DNA of 64,000 nucleotides from an uncultured virus (IMG/VR IMGVR_UViG_3300027704_001989) (taxonomy: Duplodnaviria > Heunggongvirae > Uroviricota > Caudoviricetes), in the IMG/VR virus record IMGVR_UViG_3300027704_001989; one strand, 5' to 3'. Shown in pieces: positions 54,945 through 64,000 of the stretch. A model generated the notes under the pieces. That model ran no database searches, was not told where the DNA came from, and saw only the letters and a list, made by a program, of their open reading frames with translations. The stretch's first letter is position 1. Each line of letters starts with the position of its first letter. The position numbers were made by a program, and so were the translations under genes.

Positions 54945-55627
54945 TATATTTTGTTACCCTTGAATTCTTCTGCCATAGGGAATATCTTAACAATAGCATC
55001 TGCTACTGCCCATGCTAATTCCATGTGTTCTAACTGTGTACCATTAGCACTACGAAGTTCAATATAGTGAATCCAACTACGGAGAGTACCGTTAGCATAC
55101 AGTCTGCTTACAGTGTTTCCTTCTGGTAGTACTACTCTAGCTTGCTCTTTTGCAATACCTTTCTTAATAGCCCAATTATAAAGTTGTTCAGTATCTCGAA
55201 TATGCTTCATTTGTTTCATATTCCATTCTTCACGGATACGTCGTTGGTCTTCATCTAGCATATCAATTGCAATACTGTTTTGTCGATTCTTGGTATCTTG
55301 TAGTCGTGCTTCACGCGGAATCATTTCTAACTCTTTGACAGGGTCTGCGTAACGTTGACTAAACTCCTGGAAACTAAAACTTCTATGTCTTAGTAATTGC
55401 CTAGCGATGTCTCTGGTAGTTTCTACTTCGATACAAACACTTACCATTTCGAGTGGCGACCAATGTTTGTGTTTCATCAAATACTTAACAAGTTTTTCAT
55501 TTGTGTCTGTGTTGTTTTGATTATCTGGGTTACTTACTCTTGCACAATATGCTACTAAGTCTAATAGACTAGGGTCAGCACCTGTTAGTGCTGGTGCTTG
55601 ACTGTAACTAACTATATTTGCTTTCAT
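54944..55627 (-). CDS. thyX: Flavin-dependent thymidylate synthase
   Basis: RHRSFSFQEFSQRY; HWSPLE. Confidence 0.96.
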   Translation of the reverse strand: MKANIVSYSQAPALTGADPSLLDLVAYCARVSNPDNQNNTDTNEKLVKYLMKHKHWSPLEMVSVCIEVETTRDIARQLLRHRSFSFQEFSQRYADPVKELEMIPREARLQDTKNRQNSIAIDMLDEDQRRIREEWNMKQMKHIRDTEQLYNWAIKKGIAKEQARVVLPEGNTVSRLYANGTLRSWIHYIELRSANGTQLEHMELAWAVADAIVKIFPMAEEFKGNKI

Positions 55628-55640
55628 TTCATTCCTTTGG

Positions 55641-56342
55641 TTAAATTCCTGCTGCTTGGCAAGTTTGTTGAATTTCTTTTACTTCTTCTCTATTATTCTT
55701 AAACAGTTGCATCCAAAAAGGTGCATCAATTATGTGTTCAATCATTACTACTTGTTCATCATTGAATCTAGTTAGCAGTTGGTCACCTGTGCCTGACAAG
55801 TACAACAACCACGGTGATATTTTTGCACTTCTTATATCATGCACTGCTCTATTTGGACTTACTTCAGCAAAGTATGTTTGCCAAACACATTCGTGTTCTT
55901 CTGCCCATTTATCCAAGTACATTATGTTACGTTCTAATGCTCTCATACCACTTTCTTTTTTTACATACCCTAGTAAGTATTCATCATAGACTGCATCACT
56001 TGCCCAGTCTTTTAATTTCTTACCTTCTTTAATTAACCACTCTGCAAACTTTTCTGGGTCTAAATATTCATTGCGTATGCAACTTCTGCCAAACTTTACA
56101 AAGCCTTCGTAGTATTGGCTATTGATAAATTCTTCTATGCTTTTAGTTTTACTAGAAGTAGTACTCAGCTCATAAAACATTTGGAAAACTCTGTACCCAA
56201 GTCTTACATGCGTCATTTCTTTATCAGCATTTCGACGCTTTTTAACACACATATGAACTATAAGAGTGCGTTCACTCTTAAAGTTCTTACCGCACCACCG
56301 GCAAGTATTATTTTCCGAAGATGTCTTTAATTGATTTGTCAT
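55641..56342 (-). CDS. Hypothetical protein with an N-terminal Zn-finger-like motif
   Basis: CRWCGKNF..HMC. Confidence 0.65.
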   Translation of the reverse strand: MTNQLKTSSENNTCRWCGKNFKSERTLIVHMCVKKRRNADKEMTHVRLGYRVFQMFYELSTTSSKTKSIEEFINSQYYEGFVKFGRSCIRNEYLDPEKFAEWLIKEGKKLKDWASDAVYDEYLLGYVKKESGMRALERNIMYLDKWAEEHECVWQTYFAEVSPNRAVHDIRSAKISPWLLYLSGTGDQLLTRFNDEQVVMIEHIIDAPFWMQLFKNNREEVKEIQQTCQAAGI

Positions 56343-56778
56343 CGTATCCGTGTGACCTTGCGTAGTCTTTTAATTCGTCTTTTGAATTTATTTCTTGTAA
56401 CAATGCTACTTCTTCACTTTTCATGTGAGGATGTATACTACTAATAAATTCGCTTACCTTATCTTTTTTCTTCTTAGCATTTGGCGGCTTTAGATAAGGA
56501 TGAAACTGTATTTTACCAACACCACATGCACTTAGCAATAACCATTGTAGTTCTGGATGTCTACTAACTTCGCTGTAATCTCTATTAACAAGTTCGTTAG
56601 TCATATAAATGTAGTGAGCGGCATCCTTGCCTTGTACGCTACTTGCATAACGCATCATCATCCATGAGCTAAATGCTTTCTTTTGTTCTGCTGTTAATCT
56701 ATTGTAATATCCCTTGTCACGTTTATCAAGTGCGGCCATAATATCCTTTAGCGGTATTGCTGGTGCCTTTTTAGCCAT
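56308..56778 (-). CDS. Putative clamp loader small subunit (gp62-like)
   Basis: FSSWMMMRYAS..NELVN..LQW pattern; size and replication context. Confidence 0.55.
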   Translation of the reverse strand: MAKKAPAIPLKDIMAALDKRDKGYYNRLTAEQKKAFSSWMMMRYASSVQGKDAAHYIYMTNELVNRDYSEVSRHPELQWLLLSACGVGKIQFHPYLKPPNAKKKKDKVSEFISSIHPHMKSEEVALLQEINSKDELKDYARSHGYDDKSIKDIFGK

Positions 56779-57301
56779 CTGTATGTTCCTTGTAGACATT
56801 AATATAATGTTCTTCGCCCTTTGCAACGTTCTCTAACCAAGTAGTATCTGCAGACTCATCTGCACTGTCACTTACATACTTAAAGCATTTAAAGTTAACC
56901 TTCCTGTTAGTACAGGCTTTAGCAATTGCAAATGCTTCCATATCCACAACATGGGCTGGGTGTTCTAAGTTAGGATCTGTAACAAAGTTGTCTCCTGTAC
57001 TGCATGTATATCCAACTCCAAGAGAAATAGTAATAGGATCTTTTGGTAAAAATAATTCGATTGCTTCCGGGCATTTCCCTTTATCTCGTTCAACAAAGTT
57101 TACCATCTCATGACAACCGTTATCTAACTTAATGCCACCTGCTGTACCAAAATTCCATACAGTTTGTGGATTGTGTTTTTCAATAAGTCTTGCCGCGGTT
57201 AGTGCCGCATTAATTTTACCAACACCTGTAAAGAATACATTATCCCACTTAGCCATAGTAGGTGCTTCACTTTCAAGTGCAATTAATATCAAATCTTTCA
57301 T
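56771..57301 (-). CDS. mtnN: MTA/SAH nucleosidase-like protein
   Basis: GVGKINAA, NFGTAGG, STGDNFV, VDMEA, KYVSD. Confidence 0.85.
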   Translation of the reverse strand: MKDLILIALESEAPTMAKWDNVFFTGVGKINAALTAARLIEKHNPQTVWNFGTAGGIKLDNGCHEMVNFVERDKGKCPEAIELFLPKDPITISLGVGYTCSTGDNFVTDPNLEHPAHVVDMEAFAIAKACTNRKVNFKCFKYVSDSADESADTTWLENVAKGEEHYINVYKEHTDG

Positions 57302-57828
57302 TCGTTTACTTCCAGGACACTAAATGTGTTTATGTTGCAATAGTCTGTTAGTTTAGCAGTTCCTTCTAGGAAAGTCAAGTCTATTACACAGGCATAATTT
57401 ATATCATACCCGCCTGCTTGTTTAATCAACTCTACCATAGCATTAGCAGTTCCACCTGTAGCACTTACGTCATCTATGATGCAAATTCTATCAGTGAATC
57501 CAAACTTAACACTGTCTAACATTTCAAGTGTTTCGCTACCGTACTCTAATATATACGAATACGTCTTTACTCTGCCCGGTAATTTACCTGGTTTGCGAAC
57601 TATGTGCAAAGGGATACCTAATGCTAGTGCAACAGGAGCTCCCCATATAAATCCTCTAGCATCTGGTGCAACAATTTGTGTTGTTTTGATACTTCTGCAA
57701 TACGCAACCATCTTATCCACAGTGTACTTAAACGCTTTTGGGTCTTCTAGTATGCTCGATATGTCTTTGAACATAACTCCCTTAATTGGGAAGTCAGGTA
57801 CGGTACGAAGTATTTTATTTAGGTCCAT
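57298..57828 (-). CDS. apt: Adenine phosphoribosyltransferase
   Basis: PDFP..GVMFKDI, ARGF, RKPGKLP, LEYG, IIDDVSATGGT. Confidence 0.95.
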   Translation of the reverse strand: MDLNKILRTVPDFPIKGVMFKDISSILEDPKAFKYTVDKMVAYCRSIKTTQIVAPDARGFIWGAPVALALGIPLHIVRKPGKLPGRVKTYSYILEYGSETLEMLDSVKFGFTDRICIIDDVSATGGTANAMVELIKQAGGYDINYACVIDLTFLEGTAKLTDYCNINTFSVLEVNE

Positions 57829-58921
57829 AAAGATCTAATTGCTCCCATGGTAGATCTGGTTTGCCAAAGTGTCCGTAGTTAGTAGTTTTTGTTAAGTCCA
57901 TATTAAACAATCCAAACTTATCAATAATACCTTTTGGTGTTAGATCAACAAGACTTATAATTTCTGCAACTAAGTCTTCTCTAACTTTGCCGTCTGCATA
58001 AACATAAACACTAGTAGGTTCAACTACACCGATTGCATAGCTTAGTTGTACTGTACAGTTACTTGCTTTGCCTGAGCCTACTATATTCTTTGCTAAGTAA
58101 CGTGCCATATAAGCCGCACTTCTATCTACTTTAGTACAATCTTTACCACTAAAGGCTCCGCCACCATGTGGAGCATAGCCGCCATATGTATCTACAATAA
58201 TCTTACGTCCTGTGAGTCCTGTGTCTCCGTCTGGTCCACCTATAACAAATCTGCCTGTAGGGTTAATCAAAAACTCAGTGTTCAAAAGGGTTTGGTCACT
58301 TAATTCATCTGTAATAATTTGCTCAACTCTATCACGCACCATTTGTGTACTTACGTCATCGCTGTGTTGAGTACTGCATACAATAGTCTTAATACCAACT
58401 GGCTTACCGATACTATCGTATTGCATTGTTACCTGTGATTTACTGTCTGGTCCAATCCATTCCCCATCAGACCCACGTCTTTCTGCTGCTAGTCTTTTTA
58501 GAATACGGTGACTGTAATAAATTGCACTAGGCATTAAGTCTGGTGTTTCGTCACAAGCATAGCCAAACATAAGTCCTTGGTCGCCTGCACCAAACTCATC
58601 TGTACCTAACGCAATATCTGCACTTTGACCATGTAGTTTGTTTACTACTGTTAGGTTAGCCCAATGGAAACCGTCTTGCTCGTAGCCAATATTTTTAACT
58701 ACTTGTCGAACTATAGATTCAACGGTGTCGTCATCTATCGGAATATCTCTTTTATACTCGCCTGCAACAATAACACTATTAGTGGTTACTAAAGTCTCTA
58801 CTGCCGCTCTGTGATTTATATTGCCATCAATGATTGCGTTAGCAATAGTATCTGAAATTAAATCAGCAATTTTATCTGGGTGTCCTTCGCTAACACTTTC
58901 GCTAGTAAATTGATAAGACAT
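57815..58921 (-). CDS. metK: S-adenosylmethionine synthetase
   Basis: FTSESVSEGHPDK, GAGDQG, GGGAFSGKD. Confidence 0.98.
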   Translation of the reverse strand: MSYQFTSESVSEGHPDKIADLISDTIANAIIDGNINHRAAVETLVTTNSVIVAGEYKRDIPIDDDTVESIVRQVVKNIGYEQDGFHWANLTVVNKLHGQSADIALGTDEFGAGDQGLMFGYACDETPDLMPSAIYYSHRILKRLAAERRGSDGEWIGPDSKSQVTMQYDSIGKPVGIKTIVCSTQHSDDVSTQMVRDRVEQIITDELSDQTLLNTEFLINPTGRFVIGGPDGDTGLTGRKIIVDTYGGYAPHGGGAFSGKDCTKVDRSAAYMARYLAKNIVGSGKASNCTVQLSYAIGVVEPTSVYVYADGKVREDLVAEIISLVDLTPKGIIDKFGLFNMDLTKTTNYGHFGKPDLPWEQLDLYGPK

Positions 58922-58995
58922 ATATTCTATCTCCTGTTATATTGTGTATCATGTATTTACAGTTTATAGTTACTGCATACATTATTTCCTGGTTA

Positions 58996-59787
58996 CTATC
59001 TATCTTCGTATAAATCGTCAAATGCTTCTTTTACAATCTCAGTTTCTTCCATATCATAGCTGACATATTTCTCTGCAACATCATGCCACTTAGTGTTAAC
59101 ATAGCCAACACCTGCATAATAACCTTTGCCAGTTGATTCCGAATAATCAAAGTCAACTTGTAAAGGTTTACGATCATACCAATATGACTCAATTATCTCA
59201 CCCATATCACATTCAAGTTGTCCTGTTTGTAATAATTCTGGGTCAAAATCTTCGCCATTGGTTTCAACACACACTCCACCAAATTCACCTTTCTCTGAAC
59301 TAAAGAAAAATAATGCTGGTTGATAATCTTCTTCTTTTTCTGCATCAGCATCACCACTGTGACATTCTCTACTGTAAATACATGATGTGTAGGGAAAGTA
59401 CTCGCCTTCGTTTAGTTCTTCAAACATCATTGTGCTGTAGTCGTGGTCAACATCTTCTTTCCACTGTATTATTCCATCTTCGTAAGTAGCATCTTCATGT
59501 AATGTAATTTCATTAACAAGGAAATCATTATCTGCAAAAGGACCATTAGCATGTTCTAAGTCATCGGTTTCATTCCAGCAGTAATACTCTTCATTAGGCT
59601 TAGGTGATTCCGAATCCATCATGTCTTCGTCATCCCATTCGATGCCTTGTAAGTGTCCAATAAGATCGCTATCGCCATCTTCTGCAACTTTTGGCTTCCA
59701 GTAATCAACAAACTCTTTGCTAACACTGCCAATTGCTAATTCACCGCCATAACGACCGGTGTTAATTCTAAAATATCTTTTACTCAT
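58996..59787 (-). CDS. Acidic hypothetical protein
   Basis: 263-aa ORF, ATGA-coupled. Confidence 0.7.
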   Translation of the reverse strand: MSKRYFRINTGRYGGELAIGSVSKEFVDYWKPKVAEDGDSDLIGHLQGIEWDDEDMMDSESPKPNEEYYCWNETDDLEHANGPFADNDFLVNEITLHEDATYEDGIIQWKEDVDHDYSTMMFEELNEGEYFPYTSCIYSRECHSGDADAEKEEDYQPALFFFSSEKGEFGGVCVETNGEDFDPELLQTGQLECDMGEIIESYWYDRKPLQVDFDYSESTGKGYYAGVGYVNTKWHDVAEKYVSYDMEETEIVKEAFDDLYEDR

Positions 59788-60281
59788 AATAGTTCTCCAA
59801 ATTCTATATCTTTAATCTTGTTTGCTTCTTTAACAAACATTGCACATTTAGGTTCCTTTTTATCTTCTAAAGGAATTACCAATATATGTCCATTCTTAAG
59901 TCTTGGGAAATACCATTTGACATCTTGGTATACGTTAGTAATCTGTATTTCTTCAGTGTCAGGAATGCCGTTACGCATCGGGTTGAACACTGGCGTAACA
60001 AAGCCTCTATTGTTTAGACTTGCTAGTGGAATAACTTCTAAACTGCCAAACGTAGTGTCTGTAGTTAGAATGCTCCAATCCATAGGCATCTGTAATTTAA
60101 ATTCGCCTATTTGTAAACATATTGCTGGAGCATGAAAGCTCTCTAAGAATATAAGGGGTAGGAAAAAGTAGTCTTTGTAGTCAGGATCGCTAGTATCAAA
60201 CACGCAATAACGCAAGTCATCAATTTCATCCGGTACTGTATCTAATTCGTAAACGTCATTCTCAACTGTTAATATTTTCAT
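59784..60281 (-). CDS. Hypothetical protein
   Basis: ATGA-coupled to the UvsW-like gene. Confidence 0.7.
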   Translation of the reverse strand: MKILTVENDVYELDTVPDEIDDLRYCVFDTSDPDYKDYFFLPLIFLESFHAPAICLQIGEFKLQMPMDWSILTTDTTFGSLEVIPLASLNNRGFVTPVFNPMRNGIPDTEEIQITNVYQDVKWYFPRLKNGHILVIPLEDKKEPKCAMFVKEANKIKDIEFGELL

Positions 60282-61735
60282 TTGTATTCTACCTTGGTTA
60301 CATTGTACCTAAATTGTTGTTCTGCATAAAACTGCTTTCTTTTTGTTAAGTGTCTCTTACTATACTTTAGATTACTCGATAAGTCAATCACTTTCAGATA
60401 ATCTTTATCTTCTGCCTTACGAATTCCTCTACCAATACTTTGTATTACCCTTACAAAACTTTTGCCTGGTTCTAAAAGAACTAAGTTAAAAATTCTAGGT
60501 ATGTTAATACCCACTGATGCTACGCCATATGTAGCAACAATTACCTTGTTATCCATCTCCGAAACTTCTGCATACTCGTTTTGTCTATCTGTGGTCTTCA
60601 TCCTGCCACTAACAAATGCCCAATCAGGATTTCTTTCTGCTAACATTTCTCCTGTTGCAATACGGTCAATCAACACTAGTGTATTGCCGTTTACTGCAAG
60701 TCCGTTAATGATAGAACTAATTTGATCTATTCGCTGTGGGTCTGTTACAAGCCATTTTAACTCTTGGGCATATCCTTGGAAGCCTAAGGTGCCGTCTTGT
60801 AATTGAAATATATCTATGTCTAAGTCTGCTAGTACACCCATGTCTTGTAATTCTTTACTGCTTAGTTCGCTTACAACAGGGCCTAGACAGCATGTACATG
60901 CTACTGCTTCGTGTTCGTCTTTGGGTATGGTTCCTGTTAGTCCCCAACGTACAGGTACGTTAGAGAACACACTGCTTAGAAGGTCTCTAAGCACGTCTGC
61001 TTTTGCTTTGTGTACTTCGTCTACCATTACACATACTACTCCATCTAAGAACTGTTCAATGTCAATAGGTGCTTCACCTTTCTTTGACTTCTTAGATAGC
61101 ATGGATAAACTTTGCCAAGTACAAATAGTGTGGGTCTTGGTATACTCTTTTCTATCTCCAAATAGTACGCCGCAGTCTAACCCTAAATTTTTGTAATCTC
61201 TTTCTGTCTGCACTACCAAGTCTTTGTTTGGTACGATTACGATTGTGCGTCCGTACTTCTCACACTTGTGACTTAGTACGGCTGTAATAAGTGTCTTACC
61301 TGCTCCTGTTGCTACTTGTTGTAAGCACTGTGGATTTTGTAAGAACTTATTAATAACTGTTACTTGATAATCTCGAAGTATAACTGGCATGCCTTCTGCT
61401 GGATGGTTCTTAGGCCATGCTGTATCTTCGTAATCAGTTTCAGTTACATTATCAAATGATAATTGGATAGGTTGCCTTTGATCGTCTACTACTACTTCAT
61501 AACCTGCTTCGGTTACTAGTGGCAATAAACGATCAAGCAAATTTAGATACGTTCTTCCGCCGACATCACAGAATCTTACACAACCATCCCAACGACCTAA
61601 CTTGTAGGCCGGCATATGAAATGCATAGGGTAGAAAATACTTGGCTGCATCAGATATTTTTCTGCGAGTCTTTACGTCAAGTCCTACGAACTTAACGTTT
61701 ACTTCATCTCTTATTTCTAAAGTTACTTTAGGCAT
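60278..61735 (-). CDS. uvsW: SF2 DNA helicase (UvsW-like)
   Basis: LRDYQ, ATGAGKT, DEVH, GLTGT, QSIGRGIR; promoter at 61741-61769. Confidence 0.9.
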   Translation of the reverse strand: MPKVTLEIRDEVNVKFVGLDVKTRRKISDAAKYFLPYAFHMPAYKLGRWDGCVRFCDVGGRTYLNLLDRLLPLVTEAGYEVVVDDQRQPIQLSFDNVTETDYEDTAWPKNHPAEGMPVILRDYQVTVINKFLQNPQCLQQVATGAGKTLITAVLSHKCEKYGRTIVIVPNKDLVVQTERDYKNLGLDCGVLFGDRKEYTKTHTICTWQSLSMLSKKSKKGEAPIDIEQFLDGVVCVMVDEVHKAKADVLRDLLSSVFSNVPVRWGLTGTIPKDEHEAVACTCCLGPVVSELSSKELQDMGVLADLDIDIFQLQDGTLGFQGYAQELKWLVTDPQRIDQISSIINGLAVNGNTLVLIDRIATGEMLAERNPDWAFVSGRMKTTDRQNEYAEVSEMDNKVIVATYGVASVGINIPRIFNLVLLEPGKSFVRVIQSIGRGIRKAEDKDYLKVIDLSSNLKYSKRHLTKRKQFYAEQQFRYNVTKVEYK

Positions 61736-61748
61736 ACGCTATTATAGT

Positions 61749-63338
61749 CTACTTGTAGGTTAATGTCAAGAAGAACTTACGTCCTCCTGCGTCATATCCA
61801 GGTAATACTTCGACAACATCATCTAGTACATCTTGTACTGTGAATGCTAATCCAAGTTTATCAGATAGTTGCTTTCTCATCACAAAGTCAATTGACTTGA
61901 TATCAGCCAACGATGGTCCATCGTACGGTCCAGGGTCTCTGTCAAACTGTGCTGTATAACTTAGTTCAGCAGTTGTCTCGCCAAAACTTGCAAAGTATGA
62001 AACACGACCTTTGTACTTAGGTACTCTAGGTTGATCAGTATCTGTGTATCCAACCATCACATTCAAACTACCATATGGCACAGCATACATATCCATGTAC
62101 CTAATACCTTTAGTTTCATATTCACCTGTGTTAACATACTGTCTAGAACTTCCGTCGTAGTCAATGTTTTCTTCAAAGTCATATGCAAAGTATGAAAGAC
62201 CTAAGTACCCAATTTCAAAACCTAATCCTTCTTCAGGATCTAAACCTAGATTTGGTTGCACCCATGAGTCTCCGTACTGTTGATATAATGTAGGGTTACG
62301 ATAACTTGTACTAATGTTAGCAAAGAAACCATTGCCGCCGTCATACCCTAATCTGTACACTCTAGCATCTTCGCTTACACGAGTACCAAACTGTAGATTA
62401 TCGTTATATGTCACAACAGCGTATCCACTGACCTCATCTTGCGATTCGCCAATGTAGTTTTCTTTATTATATGTAATACCCGTAACAATATTTGTTACTG
62501 TATTAATTGTAAACGTATCTCTAGCATCAAAGTAAATACGATCTGCATCACTAGAATATGTGCTTACACCTTCGGTGAAGTATTCGCTTGATGTGTCGCT
62601 ATAACCTAATGTTACATTTTCGTTTCTAATACTAATATCAGTTTTGTTACCCGATTGCAAACAATCATTTGACTGTGCAAAAGATGATGTGTAACAGTTA
62701 TCATAATCATAGTCGTAATCAACATGCGACATTGCTACTGTAAATCCAAGTAGTTCTTTCACAGTCTTAATAGATGTATTTTTATAGTCATCTCTTTCGG
62801 TATTATCGTTACGCACACTGTCGTTAGATACATCAAATGATGTAATACTTATAGTGTCAAGTATTGCTACATTTATTAATTGATGACTCTCTCCCAGTCT
62901 AACAACTGCTTGGTCTTCGATTGTATCATTGATAAACACTGTTCCACCTAGGCTACCGGAGCCATACAGAACACTGTTAGGTCCAGAAACAATATTAACT
63001 GTTTCGAGTCCGCTGACAATATCATGTGCAAAGTCATACCAACCTGAGCCGGAATCATTTGCAGGTACGCCATTTTTATACACTGTTGTATGTGTAGTTT
63101 GGGTACCACGTTCGCTATAACCAGCAAAGCCGCCATAACCACCTGCACTGAAAGACATTGCCGGCATAACCAATTCGATTATTGCCATGTCGTCTGTTAC
63201 ATCAGTAGTGTCTACTTGATTTACTGATCCTACAACTACTATCTCTTCAATGTAGCTCGAGTCTTCAGCGTGTGTATTAGTCGATAACATTGTTGATAAT
63301 GCTACTACTGCGACTAATTTGTGTACTACGTTTTTCAT
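61749..63338 (-). CDS. TonB-dependent outer-membrane receptor (compact, BtuB-like)
   Basis: Signal peptide, EEIVVVG TonB box, plug GPNSVLYGSGSLGG, C-terminal GRKFFLTLTYK. Confidence 0.85.
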   Translation of the reverse strand: MKNVVHKLVAVVALSTMLSTNTHAEDSSYIEEIVVVGSVNQVDTTDVTDDMAIIELVMPAMSFSAGGYGGFAGYSERGTQTTHTTVYKNGVPANDSGSGWYDFAHDIVSGLETVNIVSGPNSVLYGSGSLGGTVFINDTIEDQAVVRLGESHQLINVAILDTISITSFDVSNDSVRNDNTERDDYKNTSIKTVKELLGFTVAMSHVDYDYDYDNCYTSSFAQSNDCLQSGNKTDISIRNENVTLGYSDTSSEYFTEGVSTYSSDADRIYFDARDTFTINTVTNIVTGITYNKENYIGESQDEVSGYAVVTYNDNLQFGTRVSEDARVYRLGYDGGNGFFANISTSYRNPTLYQQYGDSWVQPNLGLDPEEGLGFEIGYLGLSYFAYDFEENIDYDGSSRQYVNTGEYETKGIRYMDMYAVPYGSLNVMVGYTDTDQPRVPKYKGRVSYFASFGETTAELSYTAQFDRDPGPYDGPSLADIKSIDFVMRKQLSDKLGLAFTVQDVLDDVVEVLPGYDAGGRKFFLTLTYK

Positions 63339-63360
63339 TTATTCTCCTTATTATATTATA

Positions 63361-63394
63361 AAAAAAGCACACTCCCCAAAATTAGGGAGTGTAC
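63361..63394 (-). terminator. Intrinsic terminator between the AAA ATPase and the receptor gene
   Basis: GTACACTCCC..GGGAGTGTGC-TTTTTT. Confidence 0.8.
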
Positions 63395-63434
63395 TAGGGT
63401 GAAGCGTCTAGGCTACTATTACCGTGGGAGTATT

Positions 63435-64000
63435 TTATAATCCCAAACGCTTCATACAAGTGCTCTCGGCCAATCCTTTCCAGGTGTCCGGGCTCATTTG
63501 TTTTAGGTCAGCTATTTTAAGTACCATTCTTAATGATATCTCTCTAAGCCTACTTGCCTTTTCATGCATAAAGTCTACGACTTCTGCATTTCCTTCTTCG
63601 CCAAACTTGTAGCAGTCTAACATACCGTCTCCAACAATCTGATGGATTCTAAGGAAACGATCGTTAACACTGTTCATTTCTAAGTCCATGTAGTGACATC
63701 TTGACATAAGTGCCGCTAAGTGGTCTTGTATCTTCTTGCTACGAACATTTTCAAAGTTAACGTTAGTAATAAAAATTACACCACCTGAGAACTCAAACCT
63801 ATCTGGAATGCCTTCTCTTCGTAATGCAACTGATTCTGACTTCCAACTAATTGTACGCTTCTTACCTGAGTCTAGTACTGCCTTCAACATGTTCAAGCAT
63901 ACTTCATCAAACAAGATACTGTCACAGTCATCAAACACAAGGATATCACCTTTTGCTGAATTGTTAAACAGTGTCTGGTACAGACCAATTGGGGTCATTG
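63435..64000 (-). CDS. AAA+ ATPase (5' end outside the window)
   Basis: Walker B LVFDDCD, FITN, ALMSRC, ISLR. Confidence 0.8.
   Translation of the reverse strand, partial: MTPIGLYQTLFNNSAKGDILVFDDCDSILFDEVCLNMLKAVLDSGKKRTISWKSESVALRREGIPDRFEFSGGVIFITNVNFENVRSKKIQDHLAALMSRCHYMDLEMNSVNDRFLRIHQIVGDGMLDCYKFGEEGNAEVVDFMHEKASRLREISLRMVLKIADLKQMSPDTWKGLAESTCMKRLGL

Noticed and set aside
58922..58995. SAM riboswitch before metK
   Set aside because: Only an AT-rich hairpin overlapping TAAATA; no SAM-I/II/V consensus recognised
63339..63434. Cobalamin riboswitch before the receptor gene
   Set aside because: No GGGAA / GCCACUG B12-box elements and too little space

Overview
AT-rich, densely coding 64 kb segment of a large (jumbo-type) T4-related myovirus genome. 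A marine proteobacterial host is probable but inferred only from gene content. Almost all genes lie on the minus strand and read in the standard genetic code. The window holds: (i) replication and nucleotide genes (gp41-like helicase, primase, UvsW, gp62-like subunit, NrdA/NrdB, ThyX, exonucleases and a ~190-aa stripped-down DnaE); (ii) eight tRNAs with structured non-coding spacers between them; (iii) a ~17 kb block of probable head-internal proteins sharing T4-like N-terminal targeting peptides, including a 1623-aa amidoligase/nuclease-like fusion and a KxDG ligase-fold protein; (iv) a glycan/modification arsenal (NTP-transferase, cupin, HAD, GDPD-like, glycosyltransferases, 4 SGNH-like, 5 2OG-Fe(II) oxygenases, PP-loop, degenerate radical SAM); (v) host-type genes (metK-apt-mtnN, TonB-dependent receptor, GH6, lipase, peptide deformylase, lipoprotein). 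Two promoter classes are visible, sigma70-like TTGACA-N17-TATAAT and late-type TAAATA, and at least 11 genes appear to be transcribed as leaderless mRNAs. No CRISPR array, integrase or transposase was seen. All functional calls come from motif recognition by eye; no database searches were run.
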